From: an uncultured Methanoregulaceae archaeon
GTDB lineage: Archaea > Halobacteriota > Methanomicrobia > Methanomicrobiales > Methanospirillaceae
Direction: 5' to 3'
DNA length: 64,000 nucleotides
Assembly (NCBI GenBank): GCA_963841015.1
Contig: CAWJAX010000003.1
Span: 768,001 to 832,000 of the forward strand
The translations under genes and the position numbers were made by a program. This document shows, piece after piece, positions 33,595 through 44,897 of the stretch (position 1 is the first letter of the stretch; the number at the start of each line of letters is the position of its first letter). The notes below the pieces were generated by a model that saw only the letters and a list, made by a program, of their open reading frames with translations, searched no databases and was not told where the DNA came from.

Positions 33595-34560
33595 TTATCT
33601 TAAAAGAACGCCCATTACATCGGAAAAGCTTCTCAGGGCATCATCAAACTTCCCGGCCTTTAATAACGAGAGAGCCTTTACCATTCCTGTCCGTGCATCC
33701 TTAACATCTATATAATATGCCTGATCAAAAGCCCGTGCAGATTCTTCAAGTCTTCCAAGCATAAAGCAAGAATTGCTCATAACTACCCATGCATCAGCTA
33801 TCGTGGGATTAACTTCCAAAGCACTCTTAAGACAATAAATCGCGTCTTCATGTTTCCCGAGAAGACTAAGTGCGAGTCCTTTGCGATAGAGGGCGTTTGC
33901 GTTCCTGGGTTCTATAAAAAGGGCACGATCGAGAACATCGATCGCTTCCTCATACCTTTTTAAGTTGATCAGGGCTATCCCTTTATTGATAAGCGCAGAA
34001 AGATAAAAAGGATAAATTTTAAGGGCCCGATCATAGCAAATGATCTCTTCCTCGTACCATTTCAACTTACCAAAGGCATATCCCCTGTTGACCCACGCTG
34101 AGAGATAGCGTGGCCTCAGTTCCAGTGCCCGGTCACAACATCGGATCTCCTCCTCGAATCTTCCCAGCATCCCTAAAGCAACACCCTTATTATTCCAGGC
34201 TGTTGCATTCTCAGGGTCGATCTTCAATGCCTGCTCACAGCTTTTTACTTTGTCCTCAAACCTGTCAAGCATCCCGAATGCAAATCCCTTGAAATTCCAT
34301 GCATCAACGCAGTTTGGATCAAGTGAGATTGCTTTTTCACAACACTCGATCTCTTCTTCATAACGGCCTAGTTTCCCGAAGGTAAATCCCTTGCTGACCC
34401 ACGCGAGCACACGATTTGGATCAATTGAAAGTGCTTGAGAAAAAGCTAAAAGCGCATCCTCATGCCTTCCCTCATGGCCAAGAGCGAGACCCTCAAGATA
34501 ATAATCCCTGTTTTTCTCGTGGGACTGCATATTTTCTGAATTTTTTGGTGATTTACTCAT
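33595..34560 (-). CDS. TPR-repeat protein (about 9 repeats)
   Basis: Recurrent AWxNKG...LGRxEE...AL.I.P units. Confidence 0.9.
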   Translation of the reverse strand: MSKSPKNSENMQSHEKNRDYYLEGLALGHEGRHEDALLAFSQALSIDPNRVLAWVSKGFTFGKLGRYEEEIECCEKAISLDPNCVDAWNFKGFAFGMLDRFEDKVKSCEQALKIDPENATAWNNKGVALGMLGRFEEEIRCCDRALELRPRYLSAWVNRGYAFGKLKWYEEEIICYDRALKIYPFYLSALINKGIALINLKRYEEAIDVLDRALFIEPRNANALYRKGLALSLLGKHEDAIYCLKSALEVNPTIADAWVVMSNSCFMLGRLEESARAFDQAYYIDVKDARTGMVKALSLLKAGKFDDALRSFSDVMGVLLR

Positions 34561-34869
34561 GCAAGGAAATCCATGGAATGGAGCGAGGTTTACTCAACAA
34601 ATGCTTAGTGCAGGTGATATTTATGTTAACGGATTAAAAAATCTACGGTAGAAACATTTCCCATTGGAGGGGTCCCGGATAAAAAATCGGGTTTTGATTC
34701 CGTAGAAACGCACATTATTCGAAAACTCAAAACATACAGAATGAAAAACAAGTAGTTCTTTTTTCAAGTATTCTCTGGCGGGGAGAGAAGGCTGAAAGGA
34801 ATTTTGGATATTATCCCGATATAGAAACCAGCCAGAACTTCTATCGAAAGCATACATGTGTGAGTGAAC

Positions 34870-34986
34870 GCTGCGCTTAGGGAATAGTGATGTAGTACTT
34901 GTTCGGGGCATATTGAGGGAGCTGAAGCGGGGGGTGTGAAACCCCGTGAACGTTTAGCTTGGTATCGAGCAGTTCTGCAGAGCCCG
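34870..34986 (+). repeat. Dispersed intergenic repeat, copy A (5'-truncated)
   Basis: CTGCGC...GTGATGTAGTACTTGTTC...GCGGGGGGTGTGAAACCCCGTGAACGTTTAGCTTGGTATCGAGCA aligns with 57157-57276. Confidence 0.8.
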
Positions 34987-35061
34987 GGTTTCCCATTTTT
35001 TAAAACAAGGAGAGATTTTTGTTTAAACAAGGCAATTTCGACAGGATTATATTCCATATCA

Positions 35062-35601
35062 ATGCATGTAGCATCATTGTACCGCCAAAACAGGCATGAT
35101 GCTGCATCATCATATCCAATCGGTGTAATCCTGTTAGTGGCAATAACATTCCTTCTCGCTCTCCTTGTTCTCCTTATGCTCCAGTTTCAGCCTTTTGCGT
35201 TGAATATGGAAACAGAGATCCCAAAAATTTTCACGATTACGTCGATTAACAGTGTTGACGAAATAACCGGACACCTGAATTACGACAGCCGTGTGCTTCT
35301 TCTCAACACCGGTAAAGCAGATGTGCAGAACAAAAATATTAAGGCAAGATTCTTAAAAAACGGACAGCCGGTAACCTGCACAGTCGCAACCATGAATGGG
35401 CATGATTTCATAAGTACGTCTCACATTGGTGTCCAGTGGATGGGAGGTTCAGGGTGTTCCGGGGCAACATGGAGCCCCGGAGAGCAAATCTGCATTGATT
35501 TCTCTGATGGAACCTATCATCCGGGTGACAGTATACAAATGGATATTATTGACAAAACTACAAATGTAACCATCTCACGGCATGTATACAGATACGAATG
35601 A
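35062..35601 (+). CDS. Archaeal type IV pilin-like protein
   Basis: Class III signal RHDAASSYPIGVILLVAITFLLALLV; WSPGE motif in the globular domain. Confidence 0.8.
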   Translation: MHVASLYRQNRHDAASSYPIGVILLVAITFLLALLVLLMLQFQPFALNMETEIPKIFTITSINSVDEITGHLNYDSRVLLLNTGKADVQNKNIKARFLKNGQPVTCTVATMNGHDFISTSHIGVQWMGGSGCSGATWSPGEQICIDFSDGTYHPGDSIQMDIIDKTTNVTISRHVYRYE

Positions 35602-35652
35602 AAAAAAACATTCGGATTTTTGTGATAAAGTAATTATTGTTATAAAAATGTG

Positions 35653-35853
35653 CTATTCATCAGTCGGTTTAAAAACGCCTTTTTTTGCTTTGAGGATTTT
35701 ACATTCAGGGCAGTGCCAGGTGTCAGGAACATCCTGCCATGCTGCTGTACCAGGTTATATACCCTGCTTGGGATCTCCTTTCAGGGGATCATAGATGTAG
35801 TGGCATTCGAGGCATACGCATCGTATCATCTTTTCTGGCTCTTTCATTGTCAT
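35653..35853 (-). pseudogene. Rubredoxin interrupted by an in-frame TAA (codon 33); absent from the ORF track
   Basis: MTMKEPEKMIRCVCLECHYIYDPLKGDPKQGI*PGTAAWQDVPDTWHCPECKILKAKKGVFKPTDE; GGAG RBS upstream. Confidence 0.85.
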
Positions 35854-35959
35854 TTCAACTCCAAAAAAATTGCATGAAATATTTCCTATTTTTTCCTCTT
35901 GATTTATTTGAATTCTTCCAACAGGCAGCCAATGAGCAGGAGGGAGGGATTATCTCATA

Positions 35960-36523
35960 TTAACAGGACAAAGGAGGGGGTGCATGACGAGCGCAAAGCC
36001 GCGCCACGCGCAGGGGTTCGGGAATTTTCCCTTCAAGGGTAAAATCATTGCAGAGCTTTGCTGCATCCTGGTTATCTATACCCCATGCCCGAAGGAATAG
36101 TACCTGATGCGTGTGGAGCTCGACCGGTATACGTTCTCCAAGGTTCTCATATGCTTCTATTCGTGCAGAATCTTTTGGAAAATGGTATCGGATGTCTGCA
36201 ATAATCCCGTCAGAGTCCTCATACGTAACGCAGATTACCGGGATTCCGGTCTCTTGTGCAATACGAGCAGGATTCACGATATTAAACCAAGCAATTACGC
36301 AACCCGACAGCATAATCACATTAATATCACTGCGTTCAAGCTCATGCACCATGTGCAGAACAGAAGAAGTAGCATCCATACCACCGACAGTTACTGTAGA
36401 AAAAACAAAACCGTCAATGCGAAGGTCTTTTCGCATTACCACTCCTGCAAGTCTGGAAACTGATCTTCCGGAATAGCTTTCTGCAATACCGAGCGCACGA
36501 AGCCCTTTTTTCGGGATGTGCAT
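35960..36523 (-). CDS. DUF99 family (endonuclease V-like) protein
   Basis: LGIAESY, TVGGMDAT, IAWFNIV, KIPEPLRVARL. Confidence 0.82.
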   Translation of the reverse strand: MHIPKKGLRALGIAESYSGRSVSRLAGVVMRKDLRIDGFVFSTVTVGGMDATSSVLHMVHELERSDINVIMLSGCVIAWFNIVNPARIAQETGIPVICVTYEDSDGIIADIRYHFPKDSARIEAYENLGERIPVELHTHQVLFLRAWGIDNQDAAKLCNDFTLEGKIPEPLRVARLCARHAPPPLSC

Positions 36524-36561
36524 AGAAGCACTTATGTCGCCCGATTAAAAATACTATATCA

Positions 36562-37486
36562 ATGATATTTAACAAAGATGAGATTTGTATCTTAATCCCA
36601 ACTTTAAATGAAGGCCTGACGATCGGAGAACTAATCCGTGAGTTCAGGGAATTAGGATATAGTCACATTCTTGTTATTGATGGAAATAGTACCTGACAAT
36701 ACGGTTAAAATCTCCCGGGAAAGCGGTGCCATTGTCCATACGCAGTCCGGCAAGGGAAAAGGGAATGCCATAATCGAAGCCTTTGAGATCGTAGAGCAAC
36801 CGTATATTCTCATGCTTGATGGGGATGGCACGTATAGTCCAAAAGATGCAGAAAAAATGCTGACTCCCCTGTTTTCCGGGTTCGATCAGGTAATCGGAGA
36901 CCGCCTCATCAATGCAGAAAAGGGTTCATTCTCGCGCCTCAACCTTTTTGGAAACCATATGGTAAACTATCTTTTCAAGGTCGCCCACAGCCGTGATCTT
37001 CACGATATTCTCTCAGGGTACCGGGCATTTACCCGATCTTCTGTTCATCAGATGAACTTAAAACAGAAAGGATTCGAAATTGAGACCGAGATCTCGGTTG
37101 AATCAGTCCGCAACGGGCAACGCGTTATGGTTGTGCCAGTCACGTACTCCCGCCGCTCCGGGACTGTTACAAAACTTTCACCATTTCATGATGGTATCAA
37201 GATTGTAAGTACCATCTATCGGCTTGCACGGATGAACAATCCTCTCTTCTACTTTGGCATGATCGGGGTCTTCACTTCATTTCTTGGTGTTCTCACCGGA
37301 ATTTATGTTTTGTATGAATGGTTCCAGGGAATTGATCACATTCCCCTGACCATTCTTACCGTGCTTCTTATCGTTGTGGGTATTGAAATTTTCATGTTCG
37401 GAATGATTAGTGATATGCTCTTAGTCTTCCACCGGGAAACCATACGGGAAATCCAGATTCTCCAGGGCCAGAAACCACCTAAATAA
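36562..37486 (+). CDS. aglJ: AglJ-like GT2 dolichol-phosphate glycosyltransferase; +1 indel at 36693
   Basis: ILIPTLNE, IDGNSTDNT, GKG, DGDGTY, DILSGYR, FEIETE, two C-terminal TM helices. Confidence 0.85.
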
Positions 37487-37534
37487 TGCTCGTGGCCCGG
37501 TTTTTAATAAAAAAAAAGGTTGTTCCGAATCCAA

Positions 37535-38086
37535 TTATTCTGTAGTTTGTTGAAATAGACTCCGTTTTAGGATAAGTACCTTGCAGGCGTGTTCAGCCAG
37601 CGAGGTATAAACATATGCTTCATCAAGAGTTTTTCCTGCAGCAAAAGTACCATGTCCCCGAGCAATCACCAGTCTTGAAGACGCAAGAGAGTGGGCAACA
37701 GTATCTGCAATCTCCTGGGAACCAGGTGCACCCCGAACAACAGGAATTTCAGGGCAAAGCATCTCCCCTTCGCTGTCTTCGGGAACAACCACATCCATGA
37801 CGAGTGATGCGGCTACCGCATAGGGAGGATGGGCATGAATAACCGATTCATGCTTTGTCGTTCTGTACACCTCGCGATGCACACGATACTCGCTTGAGGA
37901 TTCAGGGGGCGCATCTCCCTGGAGAGGTACGAATACAAGTTCACCGGCAACATCCAGATATGTTCCGGTTCGTTTGATGAAAAAACCCTCATCGCCTTTC
38001 CTGACACTCATATTCCCAAAATTTCCACCGACAAGGTGCTCGGCAAAAAGTCTCTTTCCTATCCGCTCGAACTCACCAGAATACAT
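37535..38086 (-). CDS. Class II aldolase/adducin-family protein
   Basis: GNMSVR, SSEYRVH, HAHP, HG. Confidence 0.88.
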   Translation of the reverse strand: MYSGEFERIGKRLFAEHLVGGNFGNMSVRKGDEGFFIKRTGTYLDVAGELVFVPLQGDAPPESSSEYRVHREVYRTTKHESVIHAHPPYAVAASLVMDVVVPEDSEGEMLCPEIPVVRGAPGSQEIADTVAHSLASSRLVIARGHGTFAAGKTLDEAYVYTSLAEHACKVLILKRSLFQQTTE

Positions 38087-38694
38087 TCAGAACACCTTTT
38101 TTTTCCACAGAATTCTTTTGCATATTCCACGATATGTGCATGCGTCTGTCGATAAACGTAATTATCTTTTGGTAGACATTTTTCAAAAAGACGTTTTAAA
38201 TCCTGCCGTTTTTCCGTAATGCCAATGCACTGTGTCATACGCTCAGTATACGCATCAATCACAAAACTTGTCCGAAACAGGCCGTAACAGAGGATACTAT
38301 CAGCAGTTTCTTCACCAATACCGGATACGTTTAATAACCCTTTCCTGAGGTAAGGGGTTGACGCATCCGCCATTCTCTCAATATCACCATACGTTTCTAC
38401 GACAAATGAGGCAAGTAATTTGAGACGCTTTGCCTTAACCCGGTAGAATCCTGTGCACCGAATCGCATCTTCGATGTCCTCATTATCTGCCACACTGATA
38501 GTGTCGAGAGAGCATAATCCTCTTTTTTTGAGTTCTGTTAGTGCCCGCTCGACATTCTCCCAACGCGTCTGCTGGGTGAGAATTGCGCCAATCATTACTT
38601 CATCAGGATAGCCCGGCCACCACTCTATCTCTCCAAAGTAACCGGCAAGGGACCTGACAAGGTGTTTGATCTTAACGGAACTGGATCCCGACAT
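38059..38694 (-). CDS. Endonuclease III-related HhH-GPD DNA glycosylase
   Basis: AILTQQTRWENV, GFYRVKA, GIGEETADSI, C-terminal C..C..C. Confidence 0.88.
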   Translation of the reverse strand: MSGSSSVKIKHLVRSLAGYFGEIEWWPGYPDEVMIGAILTQQTRWENVERALTELKKRGLCSLDTISVADNEDIEDAIRCTGFYRVKAKRLKLLASFVVETYGDIERMADASTPYLRKGLLNVSGIGEETADSILCYGLFRTSFVIDAYTERMTQCIGITEKRQDLKRLFEKCLPKDNYVYRQTHAHIVEYAKEFCGKKRCSECILVSSSG

Positions 38695-39322
38695 CCTTCA
38701 TCTTGTTGTACCGCGCAATATTGAGGAGGAGAGGCGTTAAACACTCGACCAGATGAGAAGCCGCAAGAGGGCCTGCGTCAAAAGCCTGAAGTTTTGAAAT
38801 GCGGTTTACCATTCCCATAACCTGTTGTTTTGCAGCATCATCATCCCCACAAACCGGCACAGAGTAGCTAAGTTCTTCATCGAGCAATTTCCAGCGGTTT
38901 GCCGCAATGGTATTGAATGCTGTGCAGATCCTGGCAGTTGGTGGAAGAAGCTTTTTTATCAGAAGGGCAGCAGAACCTTCCGGAGGAGGAATACAGGTAA
39001 AAAAATCCCGTTTTTCCATAGGATTGATGGGGCTGATGACAATCTTCCCTTCAAATCCGTTGAGAGTCTCTAATGTGCCGATGAGGTGTTTGTAAGGGAT
39101 AGCGAGGATAACGATATCTGCATCATCCACTGCGTTTTGGTTGGAAACACCGGTGAGTGAACACTTCAGACCGCGTTTTTTTAATGTTTCAATACCAAAT
39201 TCACAGGTTGCTTCTGCCTTATCTTTCTCCCGCGAACCAACAATTACATCAAACAGGGGGGAAAGGCGCATTGCCATTCCCTCGCCGATATCTCCGGTAC
39301 CCCCTACAATCCCAATCTTCAC
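38672..39322 (-). CDS. npdG: F420H2:NADP+ oxidoreductase
   Basis: IVGGTGDIGEG, GSR, SAA, VECLTPLLLNI. Confidence 0.9.
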   Translation of the reverse strand: MKIGIVGGTGDIGEGMAMRLSPLFDVIVGSREKDKAEATCEFGIETLKKRGLKCSLTGVSNQNAVDDADIVILAIPYKHLIGTLETLNGFEGKIVISPINPMEKRDFFTCIPPPEGSAALLIKKLLPPTARICTAFNTIAANRWKLLDEELSYSVPVCGDDDAAKQQVMGMVNRISKLQAFDAGPLAASHLVECLTPLLLNIARYNKMKDVGIQFR

Positions 39323-39595
39323 TTAATTCACCAGCGGCCTGAGGAGTTTTTCGAGCGTCGCTGCATCAGTAACTCCCTCCAATGACTGTACAATCTTACC
39401 ATCCTTTTCAATAATCAGGGTGGGAACGACACGGATCCCGTATTTTTCAGCGAGATCCATGTGCTGGTCAACATCAACTTTTTTAATCTCTATTGCATCG
39501 CCCATTTTTTTTCCGAGTTCCTCTAAAATTGGCGTCTGCATCCTGCAGGGACCACACCAGGTCGCAAAAAAATCATATAAAACCGGTTTGCTCAT
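39323..39595 (-). CDS. trxA: Thioredoxin
   Basis: DFFATWCGPC, VPT. Confidence 0.93.
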   Translation of the reverse strand: MSKPVLYDFFATWCGPCRMQTPILEELGKKMGDAIEIKKVDVDQHMDLAEKYGIRVVPTLIIEKDGKIVQSLEGVTDAATLEKLLRPLVN

Positions 39596-39647
39596 TTTTA
39601 CATACCCGGAAGAATAGTCGATTAAAAAAAAGATAAAGGTATGGATT

Positions 39648-41108
39648 TTATTTGGAGAGGACTTGCATAATGATTCTTCCATACGCGGGACGGGTCACCA
39701 GTACACCGACAAGAACACCAAGGATGGTAATCATGGCGAATCCCTTGAGCGTAGACAAGTCCATTAACAAAAGGGGCAGCATCGCGATTACAACGGTTGC
39801 AGCAGCGACAAGAATAATACTCAGAGCCCGCGAAAGCCTTTTCAGATAGAGATTTGGTGAAGGAACCTTGCCTTCGTGCAGTATCTCATCAGTTATCACA
39901 ACCAGTTGATCTATGCCAGTTCCAAGGACGGCAATAAGACCGGCGATTGTAGGCATATCCAGCTGGAAATTGATTAAGGCAATAAAACCCAGCAGGATGA
40001 TAATTTCTGAGGCATTGATCATGACCATCGGGAGCACAATAACAGGTTCGCGGTACCGATAATAAACAACTAAACCTACTGCGATGAGCGCACAAATCCC
40101 GGCAAGGATGGCCGTCATCTTATAACGCTCCCCAAGGGGGGCTGTTACGCCACCGGATCCTGCTATGGTAACATCAACAGGTAATGCGCCTGCCCTGAGA
40201 TGGATTTCAAGATTGGTTGCCTGCTGGGTACCGTACTTTCCGGCTCCTGTTGATGCGAAGAGCTGCCGTATATTCTCACTCTGGAGTTTCCCTGCGAGGT
40301 CTTCTGATAAAGGAGCGGAGTATACGGTCTTATTGTCGAGAAGCATGATAAGGTTGTGATTGGCCGGGTCTGCGGTTGCGCCGTATTTGATCGCAGCAGC
40401 GCGGAATGCAGCAGCACCACCCTCACTTAAGGTAAAACCAACACCCCATTTGTCACTGCCCGGGGGCTCCTGGCTGGGTGTCTGAACGCTGGTGATTGTT
40501 TCACCGGATAGAACATGCTCGGTCTGGTTTCCGGTTGTCTGGACACGGATCTCGAACTTCCCCTGTTTTCCGACGATATCCTGAGCCTGTTTCATGTCCA
40601 CGCCGGCCAGTTCAACGCGGATATACCGTGCTACATTGTTCATCCCGGTGAGGGTATTGACTTTTGCATCCTTTGTGCCAAGTGTATTGATCTTGTTTTC
40701 AAGTATGCGCTTAACGTCCTCAGCAGTTGCCTTTGATACACCAGACTGGTAACTTACAATTTTTCCCCCGGATGCAATAAATATCGGTTCCAGATCTGCC
40801 TGCGAATAGTATTTTCGTATTTCGAGGTGATTGGAATCAACCTGTAATACTTCTGCATCAAGGTTCTTTGTGAGATTCGTGATGAATTCATCCAGCGGAC
40901 TATCGGTAGTGAATCCCACAACTTCTGCCTGGAATTCAAGCTGGAGCCAGGAGCCCTGCTGGAGGTCAAGTCCATACTGGAGATTGGTTGTAAAATTACC
41001 GTCTTCATCAAAATGCGGATTTATGGCAATAACTGAGAGAACAACGAGGATAATGAGTGTCGCAACCCTCCAGTCAGTGAGGAGCGCTATTAATTCTTTT
41101 TTATTCAT
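39648..41108 (-). CDS. secD: Preprotein translocase subunit SecD
   Basis: LQYGLDLQQG, LRAGALPV, GTGIDQLVVITDE, TRPAY. Confidence 0.93.
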   Translation of the reverse strand: MNKKELIALLTDWRVATLIILVVLSVIAINPHFDEDGNFTTNLQYGLDLQQGSWLQLEFQAEVVGFTTDSPLDEFITNLTKNLDAEVLQVDSNHLEIRKYYSQADLEPIFIASGGKIVSYQSGVSKATAEDVKRILENKINTLGTKDAKVNTLTGMNNVARYIRVELAGVDMKQAQDIVGKQGKFEIRVQTTGNQTEHVLSGETITSVQTPSQEPPGSDKWGVGFTLSEGGAAAFRAAAIKYGATADPANHNLIMLLDNKTVYSAPLSEDLAGKLQSENIRQLFASTGAGKYGTQQATNLEIHLRAGALPVDVTIAGSGGVTAPLGERYKMTAILAGICALIAVGLVVYYRYREPVIVLPMVMINASEIIILLGFIALINFQLDMPTIAGLIAVLGTGIDQLVVITDEILHEGKVPSPNLYLKRLSRALSIILVAAATVVIAMLPLLLMDLSTLKGFAMITILGVLVGVLVTRPAYGRIIMQVLSK

Positions 41109-41960
41109 TTGCCACCTCCCTTCAGGACATACCATTTGAGTATTCCGACATTTGTCAGCCAGGTATTCATAACATCAAAAACAAGGCCGATAAGGAGTAC
41201 TGCGGATATCTCCATCAGGATCAGGACAGACCCTAACCAGGCGATTACAAACATTGCCAAAGCCGCAGCCAGGGTGGTTGAGGTCATAATGATGCCAGTA
41301 CGGAACGCGCCAGTCAGCTTCTCGTTGAGCTTACCCTGCCGTTTAAGTACCCGGTTTGTGAGCAGGATGTCACTGTCCACAGAGTAACCGATCAACATCA
41401 GGAGCGCGGCGAGTGTGCCAAGCGAGAGAGGAATCCCTACAATATTCATGGCAGACTGCAGTCATGACCATGTCAGCAAATGCCGAAAGGACGACTGCAA
41501 CCGCTGGCACGAATGTACGGAAGGCTAAAAAAATCACAATGGCCATGCCAATGAAGGAAAATACCAGAGCAAGCACAGCCTGTGACTGCAGGGTTTTTCC
41601 GAAGGTTTCTCCGATCTGGTCAACCTTTGCATCGGGGAATTTCTGGTAAATAACCGCTGACAATGATCGGAAGTCTGTATCGTCCATTGCTCCGAATTTT
41701 AAAAAATACCCGTTATTCACCCCTTCACTGATATCAACCAGAGGATAACCGGCAAACGTCGATTGCAGCTGTTCCTTGGTGTCAGTAGTAACAATCGTTA
41801 CTGCTGTCCCGCCGGAGAAATCAATACCCGGGGTTACAGGCATGCCGGTTGAAGCCATGGTTAATGCGAGTAGTACAACCGATATTGCCAGAAGAACGAG
41901 AGGGATTATCACCAGCTGTTTCGGTGAATATTTCTCGATGTTATAGTTGAACAAACCCAT
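41105..41960 (-). CDS. secF: Preprotein translocase subunit SecF; +1 indel at 41455
   Basis: GIDFSGG, IGYSVDSDILL; adjacent to secD. Confidence 0.92.
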
Positions 41961-42005
41961 GTCATAATAATCTGTTTACGTTTGATTAAATAGTTACCAG
42001 ATACA

Positions 42006-42165
42006 GGCTCTGGAGAAATGCTCAATACAAGCTAAACACTTATGGGGGTATCATCCCTGCTGCTGCAGCCCCCGTCTGTTATAGAACCAACAGCTAAAAC
42101 ATCATCATCACTTCTCCGAGCGCAGGCGCAGTATGAGCAGACAGGCACTATCATCCATCATAGCA
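42006..42165 (-). repeat. Dispersed intergenic repeat, copy E
   Basis: Reverse complement ...AGTGCCTGTC...CCTGCGCT...GTGATGATG...GCAGCAGGGATGATACCCCC...GTTTAGCTTGTATTGAGCATTT...GAGCC aligns with copy C. Confidence 0.8.
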
Positions 42166-42381
42166 CTATAATTTTTCTTTCACATATCACAGCAAGAGGA
42201 ATTATTCAGAGCAGGGATACAGTATATTCAAAGAGGAAGGTGTCTATTCCCCCATCTTCAAATAGCTATAAAGTTCGCAGAAAATTCATCTCCCTTCATA
42301 AAGCGGTGAGATCTGCTTTTGGGGATTAAAAATCGCATAAAATGAAAAAATATATATACAGAGACCTTTGACAGTAAATCT

Positions 42382-42693
42382 ATGAGATCTCCTTCAGAGA
42401 TCAAACGAGTCGTTGAGGGACGATTGCGGTCATACCTTTCTCGGGACAGGACCGGAATCCGGCGTGAACTGCTCAGACTTTTTGTTAAAACAAAATCGCT
42501 CACGATTGCAGAACTCGTCGCAGAACTTCAGACTCGGTTTGCAGTTACATTCCATGCCATCGCTTCAATGGTTGGCATCATTGCATCCCGCATCGGGATC
42601 CTCCGCGCAACGCGAAATTCCGACGGTGTAAACAACTACGAACTCAAAGACAAATACTTTGACATCGTGGTCCGGATCGTTGGGGTCAGTTAA
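42382..42693 (+). CDS. DUF2551 family winged-helix-like protein
   Basis: RLRSYLSRDRTGIRR, SMVGIIASRIGIL, YELK. Confidence 0.78.
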   Translation: MRSPSEIKRVVEGRLRSYLSRDRTGIRRELLRLFVKTKSLTIAELVAELQTRFAVTFHAIASMVGIIASRIGILRATRNSDGVNNYELKDKYFDIVVRIVGVS

Positions 42694-42748
42694 ACCCATT
42701 TACGATCCACAACGGTTTTTACTGCAACGTTCCTAGTATACTAGCATC

Positions 42749-43033
42749 ATGCCTGCCAAAGACCCCACCTGCATAAGCGAGGTGACCATTGTCCCGGAAG
42801 TTATAGAATATATCAAAAAACGGGACTGCGATTTTCGCATCTGCACATCCTGTGGCGGACCAATACTTTTACCGATCCGTATCAAACCCCCGAAAAAGAC
42901 TGATCTCCTTCTCAGGGCAGGAAATCATATGATCTATGTTTCTGTTCATCAGGCCCGATTCCTGCACAACATCCGGATGGATATGGTTCCCTTTTTTGAT
43001 GATGATGATCTTGTCGGACATGAATGCGGATGA
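42749..43033 (+). CDS. Small CxxC protein (HesB-like/CC-motif fold suspected)
   Basis: DFRICTSCGGPILLP..IKPPK; stop overlaps the archease start (ATGA). Confidence 0.7.
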   Translation: MPAKDPTCISEVTIVPEVIEYIKKRDCDFRICTSCGGPILLPIRIKPPKKTDLLLRAGNHMIYVSVHQARFLHNIRMDMVPFFDDDDLVGHECG

Positions 43034-43437
43034 GTTTTGAAGAAATTTCCCATACGGCAGATGTAAAAATCCGGGTACATGCGCCCACACTTGAAGCACT
43101 TTTTTCTGAAACCTTCAAAGCCCTGATGCAGGTGATGTACGGGACAGATCGTGCCGGGAGCATTCGAAGGACCATCACACTTCAATCCTCTGATAACGAA
43201 TCGCTCCTTGCAGATTTCCTTTCAGAGGTGCTTTTCTTATCCGAAGTGGAAAGTCTTGTCTTTTCAGATGCTGGTGTCACAGTAAGCGGTCAGGGTCTCA
43301 GAGCAGAACTTTCTGGTGAACCATTCGATCCTGTCCGTCATTCAGGAGGATCTGAAGTGAAAGGGATTTCCTATTCAGGACTCGCAATCACGCATGAGGC
43401 GAATGGATATATGCTGGACATCATATTTGATGTTTAA
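43030..43437 (+). CDS. Archease
   Basis: HTADV, EVKGISY, IIFDV terminus; directly upstream of rtcB. Confidence 0.92.
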   Translation: MSFEEISHTADVKIRVHAPTLEALFSETFKALMQVMYGTDRAGSIRRTITLQSSDNESLLADFLSEVLFLSEVESLVFSDAGVTVSGQGLRAELSGEPFDPVRHSGGSEVKGISYSGLAITHEANGYMLDIIFDV

Positions 43438-43462
43438 TACTAATGGCAGAGTGTGATAGACG

Positions 43463-44897
43463 GTGCTTGAAGGAATAAACCAAATCGGCATGCATGAATG
43501 GGAGGTACCTGTTGGATATGTAGCTGGCATGCGGGTCCCGGGACGATTCTTTCTTTCTGAGTCATTAGGAAAGACGCTCGAACCGGGTGCTGTCCAGCAG
43601 CTCGCGAACGTGGCAACCCTGCCCGGCATACTGAAAAATTCGCTTGCGATGCCCGATATCCACTGGGGTTATGGATTCCCTATCGGGGGCGTAGCTGCGT
43701 TTTCTGTTGATGAGGGGATTATCTCTCCCGGGGGAGTCGGGTTCGATATTAATTGCGGGGTGCGATTACTTGCAACACCACTCCTCTATAAGGATGTTGC
43801 CGGCCGCAGGGATCTTATCGATGAGCCTCTTCCGAACGGTCCCTACTGGGGTAGGTGCAAAGAGTTCAAAGAAGGTGTCTTCCCAAGTGCTCGAAGGTAT
43901 GATGGTACACGGGGCCAAATGGGCGGTCAAGGCAGGATACGGCGTTGAACGTGACCTCATGCGGTGTGAAGAAGAGGGATTCATGAAAGCTGCAGACATG
44001 CGCGCCGTCTCTGCCAAAGCAAAACTACGCGGAATACCTCAGGGAGGGACACTTGGATCAGGAAATCATTTCCTTGAAATCCAGGTTGTGCGTGAAATTT
44101 TTAACCCTGGTGCGGCAAAAGCGTTTGGCCTTGCCCTCGGACAGGTCTGCTGTATGATCCACTGCGGTTCCCGGGGGCTCGGGCACCAGGTATGCACGGA
44201 TCATCTGAAGATACTCGAAAGCGCAACCAGAAAATATCATATCACAATTCCTGATCGCCAACTTGCCTGTGCACCGATAACCTCTCCGGAAGGCGTGGCA
44301 TATTTTGGTGCCATGGCAGCCGCAGCCAACTATGCATGGGCGAACCGGCAGATGATCACCCATACAACCCGTCAGGTACTATCTAAGATGTTCAGGATTG
44401 AATACGATCAAATGCCGCTCATATACGATGTCGCGCATAATGTTGCAAAGATGGAGGAGCATGTTCTGGATGGGAAGCACATGAATGTCTGTGTGCATCG
44501 AAAAGGTGCTACCCGTGCATTCGGACCAGGATCACGGGATCTTCCTCCTGATCTTACTTCGTTTGGGCAACCTGTTATCATCCCCGGCAGTATGGGTACG
44601 TCTTCATTCGTTTTACACGGAACTCAGGTTGCCATGGACAGAACATTCGGGAGCACCTGTCACGGTGCAGGGAGAATAATGAGCCGGACACAGGCAAAAA
44701 AGAATCTGAGTGGGAGAGAAATCACGGCGAATCTCTTAAAAGAGGGTATTATTGTCCGATCACACAGCGAAAACGCCATCGCTGACGAAGCTCCGGATGT
44801 TTACAAACCCAGTGATGAAGTGGTAAATGTAGTTCATGAGGTGGGGATATCCCGGCTTGTTGCACGTCTGTCACCACTTGGAGTGATCAAGGGATGA
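43463..44897 (+). CDS. rtcB: RNA-splicing ligase RtcB; +1 indel at ~43826
   Basis: [41 protein letters not shown]. Confidence 0.95.

Noticed and set aside
34764-35057. Short ORFs over the repeats (also 42042-42329, 45502-45717, 57073-57264, 57638-57832)
   Set aside because: They are translations of the non-coding repeat in inconsistent frames and strands
35755-35757. Selenocysteine or pyrrolysine recoding in the rubredoxin; likewise TGA at 21396 and 60290
   Set aside because: The rubredoxin stop is TAA at a non-Cys position; the TGAs are created by the inserted G and the frame shifts after them
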